Shown piece by piece: positions 18,661 through 28,964 of a stretch of DNA of 52,322 bases. The stretch lies in IMG/VR virus record IMGVR_UViG_3300037277_000027, positions 1-52,322 of that record, one strand, 5' to 3'. The stretch is from a virus (lineage: Duplodnaviria > Caudoviricetes). Each line of letters begins with the position of its first letter. Position 1 is the stretch's first letter. A program made the translations under genes and the position numbers. The notes below the pieces were generated by a model. The model was not told the origin of the DNA. It ran no database searches and was given only the letters and a program-made list of their open reading frames with translations.

Positions 18661-19317
18661 ATGAATACTCCTAAACAATCATTGGATTTAATAAATGGTA
18701 TTTTAGTTAGAAATAAAAACAATATAGCTAGATTAGCTGAAATCTATACTCTTGTAGAGACTCACGTTAATACTTATATTCATGATCCGGGTAAGCTCGA
18801 TCTTGCTATGCTAAATACTTTGCAGGTGGAGTCTAAGGATTTAGATAAAAGAATTAAGGATAACGTTGTGACATTAAATGACTTGGCCGCAAGAGCTATT
18901 ATGACTCCTGAGTTTTACAGAGATCAGGCTAATCTATTCTTAAAAAGAGTAGCTCATACCTATAATAATATGCCTTCAAGTTCTCACTCCGGTATTACCA
19001 TTGCGGCAGTTGTTACTTTTAGAAACATGGGATTCTTCTTTAGCTGGACTGTAGACAAAGGAATATTCTTAAATGTTGCTCTTATGGACTCAGACAACAA
19101 TGTTATTCTTAATACTGATTATAATTTTGACACAACTCTGCCCGGTAATGAGCCGCTGGATGAAAATACGAATCAAGATTATTTACAGAGCAAAACTTTT
19201 AAATTCAATTTATATATTCCACCTTGTCCTTCGGGAGACTATGTTCTGACCTTTACAGTTAGAGATGCAACTTATTCATTCTTTGATGCATACAGAACTG
19301 GAATTCAAATTATTTAA
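18661..19317 (+). CDS. Hypothetical tail-region protein
   Basis: GAGGG RBS before ATG 18661; helical N-half and beta-rich C-half (GDYVLTFTV). Confidence 0.65.
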   Translation: MNTPKQSLDLINGILVRNKNNIARLAEIYTLVETHVNTYIHDPGKLDLAMLNTLQVESKDLDKRIKDNVVTLNDLAARAIMTPEFYRDQANLFLKRVAHTYNNMPSSSHSGITIAAVVTFRNMGFFFSWTVDKGIFLNVALMDSDNNVILNTDYNFDTTLPGNEPLDENTNQDYLQSKTFKFNLYIPPCPSGDYVLTFTVRDATYSFFDAYRTGIQII

Positions 19318-19329
19318 GGAGGGAAAGCT

Positions 19330-20883
19330 ATGGATATCACCCAAGTAAAGTTAGATTTTAAATCACCTCCTTTCTTAAGGAAGGCAGACTTAATAGCAAA
19401 ACAAGCAGTTAATATCATTATTCTTTCTGAGAATCAGAGCGAAATAGACATAGGACTACTTCATAAGAAACACCAAGACGAAGGACAGCCAGGATTAAGA
19501 TATCATTATGTCATAAAAAATAATGGACAATATGACGGTGCGATCTATTATTGTCGTCCAAGAATTTATCAAAATGGAATCCCTGGAGACAATCCAACTG
19601 GTGAAAATATGGTTAATAACAGCATTTCAATTTGTCTTGCTGGACTATACGGTGATGCGGCAACTAACAAGCAGGTGGCTTCTTGTGTAGATTTATGCAT
19701 AATGCTACTAACGCAAGAAGCTCTTCCCCTTAGTCATATTATTTTTTATCAAGAGATTCCTACTGGCAGTAATAATAAAATAGCCAATTCCCAAGACATA
19801 AAAGATGCTATAAAAACTAAGTTAGAAGGTGTAAATCTTCTTAAGACATTACTTGTTGATCCTACATCAAGTGGGGTTACCGATGTGACAGCTTTCGAAC
19901 AAGATGTATCAAAGAAAGACTTTAATAGCTTTGCTCTTGTTGCTAAATACTACGATATCCCTGTTGACGTTGTGGCTTCTATGAATAAGCACATAACAAC
20001 ACCAGACAATATTCCATATGATACAGTTATTTATATCCCTGCTAATCCTCAAAGGCAAAAACTCAGAGCACTACAGCAGAACGGTACATTAAATACAATA
20101 AGGGCGCAGATAGATGAGCAGATTAAGGTCGCAACAATAGAGCGAGGGAAATACGGACAACCAAACACAGGAGAAGACCTCTATGGTCAAGACTTAACTT
20201 TCCTGACTACTCAATATGGAGGAAAAAAGCAATCTATATGGCAAGTTTCACCTATGGAATTTCCGGGGTATCACAATGCATTTATACAGTTTACGAATAA
20301 TACAACAAATAATGTCGCAACAACAATACCTTTTATGATATCACCATCATCTTCTTCTGAGTCTCGTTCAACTTCTCAGCAGATGAGTAAAACAAATGCA
20401 GGATGGTTTATTATGAGAACAGGTAAAAATCCCGGAACAATGAATATCTCTGGATATATGTTAGACATTAAAAATGCTTTAGAGAGACATCAATTCCTAG
20501 AGAACTACAAGAAGTATATTGAAGACATAAAGAATGAAAGATTAGAGTTTACGAATGAGTATTCTACAAAGCTAAGAGTAGAAGGCAGGGATTACTATGG
20601 ATACATACAAAGTATATCTTTCACCAAGTCAGCTGTACAACCATTTTTATACCAATACAATATTACTCTCGTAGTTCTTAACGATAAAATGATTTACGAC
20701 CCAAGATATGCGGCACAATCATTGGAATCTGTAAATTCTTTATTAAAGACAGGCACAGCCGTAGCTACGGTTTCACCCATAACTAAAATTATGGCGCCAG
20801 CAATGTATAATGCGTTCAACGAGATTCAGCCAACAGCACCAATTTCACTAGCTCCAACATCAGGAAGTACAGTCAACGGATAA
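19330..20883 (+). CDS. Baseplate/tube-initiator protein with degenerate Amidase_2-like and LysM domains
   Basis: YHYVI...SISICLAG amidase fold; LysM-like FALVAKYYDIPVDVVASMN...IPYDTVIYIP; C-terminal tube-like domain (FMISPSS...YYGYIQSISFT...YQYNITL). Confidence 0.7.
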   Translation: MDITQVKLDFKSPPFLRKADLIAKQAVNIIILSENQSEIDIGLLHKKHQDEGQPGLRYHYVIKNNGQYDGAIYYCRPRIYQNGIPGDNPTGENMVNNSISICLAGLYGDAATNKQVASCVDLCIMLLTQEALPLSHIIFYQEIPTGSNNKIANSQDIKDAIKTKLEGVNLLKTLLVDPTSSGVTDVTAFEQDVSKKDFNSFALVAKYYDIPVDVVASMNKHITTPDNIPYDTVIYIPANPQRQKLRALQQNGTLNTIRAQIDEQIKVATIERGKYGQPNTGEDLYGQDLTFLTTQYGGKKQSIWQVSPMEFPGYHNAFIQFTNNTTNNVATTIPFMISPSSSSESRSTSQQMSKTNAGWFIMRTGKNPGTMNISGYMLDIKNALERHQFLENYKKYIEDIKNERLEFTNEYSTKLRVEGRDYYGYIQSISFTKSAVQPFLYQYNITLVVLNDKMIYDPRYAAQSLESVNSLLKTGTAVATVSPITKIMAPAMYNAFNEIQPTAPISLAPTSGSTVNG

Positions 20884-20893
20884 GGAGGTTATT

Positions 20894-23584
20894 ATGCTTA
20901 GACTTAAGGAAAGGTATTTAGAAGGAACACCGGGATTCGCAGTGTTCTTTGATAACATCAGAGTTGACCAATACGTTAAAAGTTTTCAAGTAAATATTTC
21001 TTCTGATGGCTCTATAGGTAATGCCTCGGTAGAAATGATTTATGTTCCAGACTTTTATAAGATTGAAACAACCGACCCAGAAACAGGAGATATTATTTCT
21101 GTCGAAATGGGAATAGAAAATATGACGAATGTAAAAATATTTGTAAGAAATATGTTTAGCCTTAAATATATCATGGTTTTTGACGGAAACATTAGGGGTA
21201 AATCACGAACAAAAAGTCCGTCAGGATATACCCTCGTATTTACTGCTAGTGACTATCTGACATGGCTCAACAGAACGATTGTACCGATAGCAATTCCTCT
21301 AGAGAGTCAATTGGCATTAGGTGATACGCTCAAATGGAAGGCTCAAGGTATAGATATCTTTAATACACCTAGTATATCAAGAGTCGCCAATGGAGTATTT
21401 AGAGGTCAAACTCTTCAGACATTTATAGGCAAAATGCAAGAAACTACATTAAAGCTAAATAAGTTCTATGCAGACACGGCAAGCGTTGCTTACTGGGATG
21501 GCGCACAGGGAAGAATAGATATTATGGGTGATATTAGTGATGAGCTCATACAAAACAAGGTTATAGACTTCGTAGTGACTTCGTCAGCTACATTCGTTAA
21601 TTCTATGTACGTCGGTATTAACGATATAGTAAAAAATCTAATGTTTGAGTTCTATCAGGACAGAGATGGAGTAATAAGAATTAAACCTCCATTCTGGAAC
21701 GAAAAGGTTCTATATGACCACGTTATTGAACCTTTACTTATAATGAACATGGCTGAAAACACAAATTGGAATAATTATATCACTAGAGTAGTTATAACTG
21801 GAGGGCTTGAAGACCAGCAAGAAGACTTTGATAATGTGCAGAAATCCATAGTTACACCTTGCGGAGCTTACGTTGGTGATGATGACCCAGCAAAAGCTCT
21901 CTGGACAGATTATCAGTCTGGAGATACAGGAACTATGACTCAGACAATTGCGACTGGCGGCAAAGGTACTTGGCTGTCTTCGCACGAAATGTTCTCTCCA
22001 TATATGCAATACAGAGGATTGAAGACTGATGGCTCTCCGAGATATCACTTTGGGCAAGACTACGCAATGCCAATAGGAACTCCAGTATACCACATAGGCG
22101 CAAAAGGCGTTGCTGCAAGAGGTAATGACCCTCAGGGATGGGGAGATTATGTTCAGGTGAGACTTGTTGAAGGGCCATTTAAAGGGTACTTCATAGTATA
22201 CGCTCACTTATCTGAAATCATTTGTTCGTCTGGAGATATAATAACTGATGGTTCATTGTTAGGTAAGTCAGGGAAGTCAGGGAATGCAAATACTCCTGAT
22301 AATAGAGACCATCTCCATCTGTCAGTATGCCTTAGTCAGGTTGGCGAACGTGGAGGAACTATAGACCCAGATGATTATTTTCAACGCTCTTTGGGCGAAG
22401 ATAATGGTTCTGTGGCCTTTAAGTCATCTGGAAGTTCTTCACTATTAATACCTAGTACAGACGAAAGAAAGTATGGCGTATCAGTATATGATACAGTCCA
22501 ACCTCTTATTAAGTTCTCAAATTCTGCTGTCATAGACCAGAATAGTCAGGGAAAAAGAGCTTTAGAGAAGTATGCTAAGTTCCTGTACAACATGACTAAT
22601 TCAATGGTTGAAACAGCCACACTTCAAACTGTAGCGATGCCTTGGATAAGGCCAGGCTTTAATGTTTGGGTAGACCCTGTTGCCGTGGACAAAGTATACT
22701 ACGTACACTCTGTTAGCCACTACGGCAGTGCAGAAGGTGGTTGTTTCTCTACTCTGAACTTATCTTTAGGTAGAGAAAGAATCAAGTTCACAAATTCTAC
22801 AGGCTTCGCATCGATGAAAAACCAAGGGGGAGAGAATTTATTCATAAGCAAGTTCAACGTACATTCCTCAGACTTCGGCAAAGTTTTAGATAGCGATGCA
22901 GACTTTGCCAAGATAAGAAAACAAATGGTTGGTTTTTATCAGAATGAAACGACTGGTATGATATCAGCAGATAAGAATTCATATTTTAAGGAACTTTATT
23001 ATATAACTAATTCAGACCCAGCTTATAAGAGTTCTTCACAAGCAACACAAACGACAACCACATCGGCACCAGCGCAAGTGACTATAAATGTTGGTGCCGA
23101 CGAATTCAATATAGATGCTTGGCCTGTATCAATGGGGCAAGGCTATGAAGGTGCTCATGTTGAAGAACTTCAAAAAGCCCTAAAGAGAATGGGGACTTAT
23201 ACGGAAGGTTATACCGATCAAGTCTTTGGACAAATAACAAAAAAAGCAGTAATAGATTTTCAAACAAAATTTTCATTAGATTCAGACGGTGTTGTTGGCA
23301 AATTTACTAAAGCTAAACTCAAAGAAGAACTTGGAAAGTTAGGAACAACAACTACAGCAACGGCATCAGGTTCGACAACATCAACAGCAACAAGTGTAAC
23401 AAAACTATCACCCTCGCTGTTTATAGCAGAAAATACTATTGAAGATATACAAACGATATTAAATAGTGCATACGAAAATGCACCAACCGTAGTTAAAGAT
23501 AGAATATCAAAAAACAAAAAAATAATAACTAATTCAGCAGAATATATAAAATTGCACTATATATCCGAGCTAACAAATAAGTGA
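20894..23584 (+). CDS. Baseplate hub protein with inserted M23 peptidase and peptidoglycan-binding domain
   Basis: Hub motifs FEFYQDRDGVIRIKPPFWN and PWIRPGFNV...YYVHSVSH; M23 HFGQD, YAHL, HLHL; PG_binding_1 VEELQKAL...FGQITKKAVIDFQ...DGVVG. Confidence 0.85.
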   Translation: MLRLKERYLEGTPGFAVFFDNIRVDQYVKSFQVNISSDGSIGNASVEMIYVPDFYKIETTDPETGDIISVEMGIENMTNVKIFVRNMFSLKYIMVFDGNIRGKSRTKSPSGYTLVFTASDYLTWLNRTIVPIAIPLESQLALGDTLKWKAQGIDIFNTPSISRVANGVFRGQTLQTFIGKMQETTLKLNKFYADTASVAYWDGAQGRIDIMGDISDELIQNKVIDFVVTSSATFVNSMYVGINDIVKNLMFEFYQDRDGVIRIKPPFWNEKVLYDHVIEPLLIMNMAENTNWNNYITRVVITGGLEDQQEDFDNVQKSIVTPCGAYVGDDDPAKALWTDYQSGDTGTMTQTIATGGKGTWLSSHEMFSPYMQYRGLKTDGSPRYHFGQDYAMPIGTPVYHIGAKGVAARGNDPQGWGDYVQVRLVEGPFKGYFIVYAHLSEIICSSGDIITDGSLLGKSGKSGNANTPDNRDHLHLSVCLSQVGERGGTIDPDDYFQRSLGEDNGSVAFKSSGSSSLLIPSTDERKYGVSVYDTVQPLIKFSNSAVIDQNSQGKRALEKYAKFLYNMTNSMVETATLQTVAMPWIRPGFNVWVDPVAVDKVYYVHSVSHYGSAEGGCFSTLNLSLGRERIKFTNSTGFASMKNQGGENLFISKFNVHSSDFGKVLDSDADFAKIRKQMVGFYQNETTGMISADKNSYFKELYYITNSDPAYKSSSQATQTTTTSAPAQVTINVGADEFNIDAWPVSMGQGYEGAHVEELQKALKRMGTYTEGYTDQVFGQITKKAVIDFQTKFSLDSDGVVGKFTKAKLKEELGKLGTTTTATASGSTTSTATSVTKLSPSLFIAENTIEDIQTILNSAYENAPTVVKDRISKNKKIITNSAEYIKLHYISELTNK

Positions 23585-23593
23585 GGTGACGAC

Positions 23594-24718
23594 ATGGCTA
23601 TAGACAATGTTCTTTCATCGATACAAAGTGGTATTAGTAAGATTAATTCTGCTGCCTCAGCAACAGTCTTGCCTTGCGTAGTTGTTAAGATATACAGAGA
23701 AAATATGACTGCTGATGTTTATCTTAAAGACAATTCTGGCCTAAAATATAATGTCCCTCTTTGTTTTCCAAGCAAAGGTAAAGGGTACGGCTCATACTTT
23801 ATTCCAAAAGAAGGTGCTACTTATCTTCTCTTGTATACAAGTCAGAGTAGACCTTACCTTTTGGCGTACGCTCCTGTATCTCCTACTTCTGACGCAAGTG
23901 GAGTAGCAACAAATGAGAAACTTATGCCAGGAGAAAATTTAATACAATCTTTTGGTGATGCTAATCTTAGGCAAGACATTATTGGTAATATAATGAGCTT
24001 CTCAGGATTTTCTAATAGCAATATCCAAGACGCACAAGGAGTTAATAGAGCTTATTCTTTAGGTTCTAAAAGGTTAGACATTGCCTCAAAGCATATATCT
24101 GGATTTGGACTAAATTCAAGTAAGGCAACGACGAGTACAATGCTAACATCTATAGAACAGAAAGTCTCAGACTATAGTGAATTTTACAGTGCAATAATTT
24201 CTCCTAAAATCTATAAGCCAGCAGAAATCTTGGTCAGTGGAGAAATTTCACAAACTATAAAAACAACAGTAATTTCTGCCGCAAAAAATATACTTGACAA
24301 AGTTGCAAGTTTCAAAACTACTTTTTTGAATATAAAAACTCAAATGCAAGACATGACAATTTCTGATACCGCATTAGCTTCACTTACAGAGCAGTTGTAT
24401 GCTCAGATGAAAAGTTTCAATATAGAAAAGAAAGGTGTTAAAATAATAATAGAGAAAGGCAATGCAATAAACAAAGCCAAGCGTCCTTCCGATATCTCAG
24501 ACATAAACAATTTATTGCCTACTGATTATGACAAACTTGATGGCATAGATATTTGTTACAGGATGATAGTCGAGAATGACTCTGGAACATTAGGGAAAAT
24601 AGAGATTGATACTTTGGGAAATTGCAATGCTTCGTTTAACAGCTTAACAGTAACTGGGGCTCTAAACTTTACAAATACTGCAACCGATGTTCTTATCGAC
24701 GGAGGAAGTTGGGATTAA
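23594..24718 (+). CDS. Putative baseplate spike protein (gp5/gpV-like OB fold)
   Basis: N-terminal VVKIY...ADV...NVPL...GSYFIPKEG pattern; follows the hub. Confidence 0.6.
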   Translation: MAIDNVLSSIQSGISKINSAASATVLPCVVVKIYRENMTADVYLKDNSGLKYNVPLCFPSKGKGYGSYFIPKEGATYLLLYTSQSRPYLLAYAPVSPTSDASGVATNEKLMPGENLIQSFGDANLRQDIIGNIMSFSGFSNSNIQDAQGVNRAYSLGSKRLDIASKHISGFGLNSSKATTSTMLTSIEQKVSDYSEFYSAIISPKIYKPAEILVSGEISQTIKTTVISAAKNILDKVASFKTTFLNIKTQMQDMTISDTALASLTEQLYAQMKSFNIEKKGVKIIIEKGNAINKAKRPSDISDINNLLPTDYDKLDGIDICYRMIVENDSGTLGKIEIDTLGNCNASFNSLTVTGALNFTNTATDVLIDGGSWD

Positions 24719-24729
24719 AGGAGTGATTG

Positions 24730-25620
24730 ATGATGGATAGCTTTTTAGAAAAATTAATAAAACTTGCTCAGGATAAAGATTGGGAAGATGAACTTGATGA
24801 GAGAGGGAAAAGAGACCGAGATTTAATAAAAATAATTCAGTCTCATCCAGAAGGAAGCCTTAGACACAATGAAGCTTTCAAAAAACTCCATAGGGATTAT
24901 AAAGCTGTTATCGCCAAACAAGCTGTTAAATCTCAATTAGCGACCGTAATGCCGAGCAAAGAACACGCAGAACTTCAAGGCCTTGCAATGTTAAAAGATG
25001 TTGTTAAGAAATTTGACCTCAACAAAAAGAATAAGCCCATCACTTATATACAAGACAATATATATAGGCTGATGCAAAAAGAGAAAGACAACCATGTTGA
25101 TTTTACGGCAGGTAAATCAGCAGAACTAACCTATAAAACAGGCATCATAAATCAAGCCATCCCTCTTCTTAAGGGCGAACTTAATAGAGAACCTAACGAT
25201 GATGAAATACATGATTTTATAAAGAATACAATGGGTTACACAAGCGTAACGAAGGGCAATATTAAAACGATTAAAAATCAAAGTCGTAAAGACTTTAGTA
25301 GTGACAGAACTATCGGTAGCTCAGACTCAGGAGCCGAACAATTGACTTGGTCTGACATCCATGATGTTGAAGAGGGTACTGCCATATCATATAGACATGA
25401 GCAAGCTATGAAGAAACGTATAGAAAAGTATTTAGACAAATTCAACAGGCAAGAAAGAACTTTGATAAGAAGATATTTTGCATTAGGGCAATTTTCTAAC
25501 AGCGAAGCGAAGAACTTGCATGAAGCAGCATCAAATACTGGAATGACCAATTATGCAGCTCAAAAAGTCATCAAAAGACTTAAAGTTATGGCTAAAGCAG
25601 ACTATCCAGCAGATTTTTAA
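24730..25620 (+). CDS. Divergent sigma-70-family RNA polymerase sigma factor-like protein
   Basis: Region 2 EAFKKLHRDY...QGLAMLKDVVKKFDLNKKNKPITY; region 3 LKGELNREPNDDEI; region 4 LDKFNRQERTLIRRYFAL...KNLHEAASNTGMT. Confidence 0.75.
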   Translation: MMDSFLEKLIKLAQDKDWEDELDERGKRDRDLIKIIQSHPEGSLRHNEAFKKLHRDYKAVIAKQAVKSQLATVMPSKEHAELQGLAMLKDVVKKFDLNKKNKPITYIQDNIYRLMQKEKDNHVDFTAGKSAELTYKTGIINQAIPLLKGELNREPNDDEIHDFIKNTMGYTSVTKGNIKTIKNQSRKDFSSDRTIGSSDSGAEQLTWSDIHDVEEGTAISYRHEQAMKKRIEKYLDKFNRQERTLIRRYFALGQFSNSEAKNLHEAASNTGMTNYAAQKVIKRLKVMAKADYPADF

Positions 25621-25629
25621 GGAGGTCCC

Positions 25630-26421
25630 ATGCTAACACAAACAGATATTTTAACTGCAGATAATAACCCTTATCTTGATAAGAGGATGCTAGATTCCGT
25701 AGCGATAATAGATGCCTTAGCTCTTGCCCAAACGCAAGAGCTAAGTTCAATTATAAAAAAATACAGTTCTGAAACATTGTCAGAAGTATCTCAACTTACA
25801 GTGTTTACTACCTTTATTTTAGACAACGTAGCCAACATGCAAAGAGATATTTATATAAAAACTATTTTAGATTCAATCGAAGATATAAGACATACAACCT
25901 TTGATGCTTTATCTGTAAATGAGCTTCAAGTGTTAATAAATACAATGGTAGCTACTTTAGACAAATCTAAAGTAGCATTAGAGTCAGCTTACGATTTACC
26001 GACGAATTCTATATCCATATATAATGATGCAAATATAGAACAAGGTATTGACTATGAGAACAAAAAGAATGATTCTCCAATTATTTTAAAATACTACGAA
26101 GGAAAGCTTTTCTTTAAAAAAGTTGTATCCATTGTTGAGGACTTTACAGTCACAAAATCTTTGTATGATGATATAGATTTTAGTGAACAATATTCATTTG
26201 TAGATAAGTTCAGCAATGTGCTGGATAGGAATACTAATGCTATGCAAAATAAAATACTTTTAAATAACAAACTAGATGAGATAATTGATTCCTGCACTGT
26301 TGCAGAGAGTGTATTCGCTGAGTATGCCCTCACTTCAAGACAGAGCAAGGATTTATTTCTTGGGAGAAAGTATAGTAAAATAAGAGAAGATATACTGATT
26401 GCATTGAAAAATCATTTATAA
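25630..26421 (+). CDS. Hypothetical helical protein in the baseplate cluster
   Basis: 263-aa ORF with AGGAGG RBS. Confidence 0.65.
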   Translation: MLTQTDILTADNNPYLDKRMLDSVAIIDALALAQTQELSSIIKKYSSETLSEVSQLTVFTTFILDNVANMQRDIYIKTILDSIEDIRHTTFDALSVNELQVLINTMVATLDKSKVALESAYDLPTNSISIYNDANIEQGIDYENKKNDSPIILKYYEGKLFFKKVVSIVEDFTVTKSLYDDIDFSEQYSFVDKFSNVLDRNTNAMQNKILLNNKLDEIIDSCTVAESVFAEYALTSRQSKDLFLGRKYSKIREDILIALKNHL

Positions 26422-26434
26422 AGGCGGTGATGAT

Positions 26435-27172
26435 ATGCTTAACACTCCAAAGATAGTATACTCTTGTGATCATAATATTATAGATTTGCTTAAGAATGTT
26501 GTGAGTGAGCAACACGCTAAAACCACTGGTGTTTATGATTTGATATGTGATGACGGTTTCGTTATAACTACAATAGTGGCTTTATATCAAACATCTGGAG
26601 ATACAACAAAAAGTTACTATGAAGATGTGAATTTTATTAAAAATCCAGACAATACATCTATAACTTGGATAACTCCAAGCAGTGTCCCATCTCCAGGAGA
26701 GATATACACCATAGAATACCTTAAAACTAAACTGAATTCTACTCAGTTCGAACCAGAAGACTGTCCTAGATGTGCGGCTACAGGATGGTATGTGGGACTG
26801 TTTGAAGAGAATGGTACTGTTGCAAAAAAAATTACTGGAATAACTAAACTTGTTCAAGGATACATTAAGATACTTTTAACTACTAAAGCTGGAAATTATG
26901 GCTCTACTCTTAAGGATATATCGGGAACCGAAGTTTACGATTCACAAGCATTATCATCAATGATTGTTGCCACTGTTTTAGAGTGTGAAACTAACTTTAG
27001 AGCATTGCAACTGACCGACATCAATGCCGGAGTGTTGATGAGCAATGCAGAAAAATTAAAGTCTGCAACCGTTAGTTCTGTAGAGTTTGATTCATCTGTG
27101 GGTGCGGTGTATTTATCAATAATACTTCTTAGTGAAGATAATACACAGTCCGTACTAAATTTAATGATATGA
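26435..27172 (+). CDS. Baseplate wedge protein, gp25-like C-terminus
   Basis: CPRCAATGWY then KLVQGYIKILLT...YGSTL; upstream of baseplate J. Confidence 0.65.
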   Translation: MLNTPKIVYSCDHNIIDLLKNVVSEQHAKTTGVYDLICDDGFVITTIVALYQTSGDTTKSYYEDVNFIKNPDNTSITWITPSSVPSPGEIYTIEYLKTKLNSTQFEPEDCPRCAATGWYVGLFEENGTVAKKITGITKLVQGYIKILLTTKAGNYGSTLKDISGTEVYDSQALSSMIVATVLECETNFRALQLTDINAGVLMSNAEKLKSATVSSVEFDSSVGAVYLSIILLSEDNTQSVLNLMI

Positions 27173-27183
27173 GGTGATAGGCT

Positions 27184-28953
27184 ATGGCATCCGTAAACGT
27201 TCTTGATTTTAATACATTTGTAAGAAGCTATATGATATACAGTATCAAAAAATATATACCTGACCTTGATACTTCGGATAATTCAGCTTTTGACGATTTG
27301 TTTGTGAAGCCAATGCTTCAAATACTTCCTCCAGTTAGTGATACAGTTACAAGCCTTGAATTCAAGATGAACTTAGATAATGCTCCTAACATGACTGTGG
27401 AAGATTTGGATGAGATAGGCAACGGGAATTACTTAATACCTAGGCTTGCTGGTAGCAAAGCTACAGCTGCTGTGACTTTGTCTTACCTAAAGGTTGATCC
27501 GAACAATAACTTAATAATACCTGCTGGCACAACTTTTACAACCGACTCTGGACTCCAGTACCAAGTAAGCCAAAAATATGAGTTCACACCGACTGAGCTT
27601 ATGACAAAATATAATGTGTCTCGCACAACATACGATGTTGTCGTCCCTGCCGAAGCTATTGAAGTAGGCACAGCTTACAATGTAAGTGAAAATCAAATAA
27701 AAAACACAACTACAAAGCTCGGGATAACTCTCGCAAGTATCACAAACAAAGTGCCTGTCACTGACGGTGTAGACTCAGAAACTAACATAGATTATGCTCA
27801 AAGACTCAGAGAATACTATGTATCAAGACAACTAGGGACTAAACCTGGATACAAACAGTTTATATTCTCTAATTTTTCCGAGGTCAACGATATCTACATC
27901 GCAGGCTTTGGGGACGATGAAATGATGAGAGACATAGTCACAGTTGTAAGAAATGGAATTCCACAAACAATGCACATTGGGGGCAAGGTTGATTTTTATA
28001 TAAAAGGCTCTATATTCTCATCAACATCCACAACGTTAACGCTGAACACAGGTAAGCTTAAACTGTCTCAACCCTATAGTCTGATTAGTGCAGGAAGTAT
28101 CACTATAGACAACTTAGGAGATAACTTAAAAACACCTGTTGGAGCATATACAGTAGGTTCTTCAAACGATGCATATATTACTCTTGATAATACAGGGAAT
28201 CAATCCTATGACCCAGCGCTTGTCAATCAGATTAAAGTTACCTATACCTATACTGGAGGATTGGCTCCAATGGAAGAAATCTTCCAAGTAGGTTTGACTC
28301 AAACTAATTTAGATTCTCCATTTAAGAGTATCATACTTGTTTATGAGTCAAACAATGACTCAGTGACTTATGATATTACAAAATATCAGATACTGAGATA
28401 CGATTTGTATGGCAATCCAATAACATTACCAACAGATACTTACTACGGAACATCTCAAGAGTCAGTTAAGTTTCATTGGACAGACATGGATCTTGTTATT
28501 AATGGAACTCCAATAACTATAAGCTATACAACAAATAAGACCTTAAATGACTTGAAAGTGGCTTTTAATGTATCTGAGAATAGAATAATCACTACGGACT
28601 TATTGTTTAAGGAAGCGACACCTTTGTTTATAAATATCGCTTTCGGTGTTAAACTAAGAAGTGGGCAGACTCTCGATGATGTCAAGATAGCGTCTATCAA
28701 CAATTCCATAGCAAATTATTTTAGTATTTTAGCTATGGGGAGTAAAGTGGACGAATCTGATATTATTGGTAATCTGTATAAGGATGCTTCAGTCAATACT
28801 TTTTTAGAATATATAATGTTACCTTTTGATAGCTTTTATGTAGCCACAGACCCAGCAGCACCAATAACACCTCAGAGAGATGGAACATTTATAAAGTCCA
28901 CAAACTTGCAATATCCATCGCTTAATAAGGTATCAATCACAGCAATTCCATAA
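27184..28953 (+). CDS. Baseplate J-like wedge protein
   Basis: IPRLAGSKAT, IIPAGTTFTT, AEAIEVGTAYNV, DGVDSETNIDYAQRL, GGKVDFYI. Confidence 0.9.
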   Translation: MASVNVLDFNTFVRSYMIYSIKKYIPDLDTSDNSAFDDLFVKPMLQILPPVSDTVTSLEFKMNLDNAPNMTVEDLDEIGNGNYLIPRLAGSKATAAVTLSYLKVDPNNNLIIPAGTTFTTDSGLQYQVSQKYEFTPTELMTKYNVSRTTYDVVVPAEAIEVGTAYNVSENQIKNTTTKLGITLASITNKVPVTDGVDSETNIDYAQRLREYYVSRQLGTKPGYKQFIFSNFSEVNDIYIAGFGDDEMMRDIVTVVRNGIPQTMHIGGKVDFYIKGSIFSSTSTTLTLNTGKLKLSQPYSLISAGSITIDNLGDNLKTPVGAYTVGSSNDAYITLDNTGNQSYDPALVNQIKVTYTYTGGLAPMEEIFQVGLTQTNLDSPFKSIILVYESNNDSVTYDITKYQILRYDLYGNPITLPTDTYYGTSQESVKFHWTDMDLVINGTPITISYTTNKTLNDLKVAFNVSENRIITTDLLFKEATPLFINIAFGVKLRSGQTLDDVKIASINNSIANYFSILAMGSKVDESDIIGNLYKDASVNTFLEYIMLPFDSFYVATDPAAPITPQRDGTFIKSTNLQYPSLNKVSITAIP

Positions 28954-28964
28954 GGAGTGAGCAT

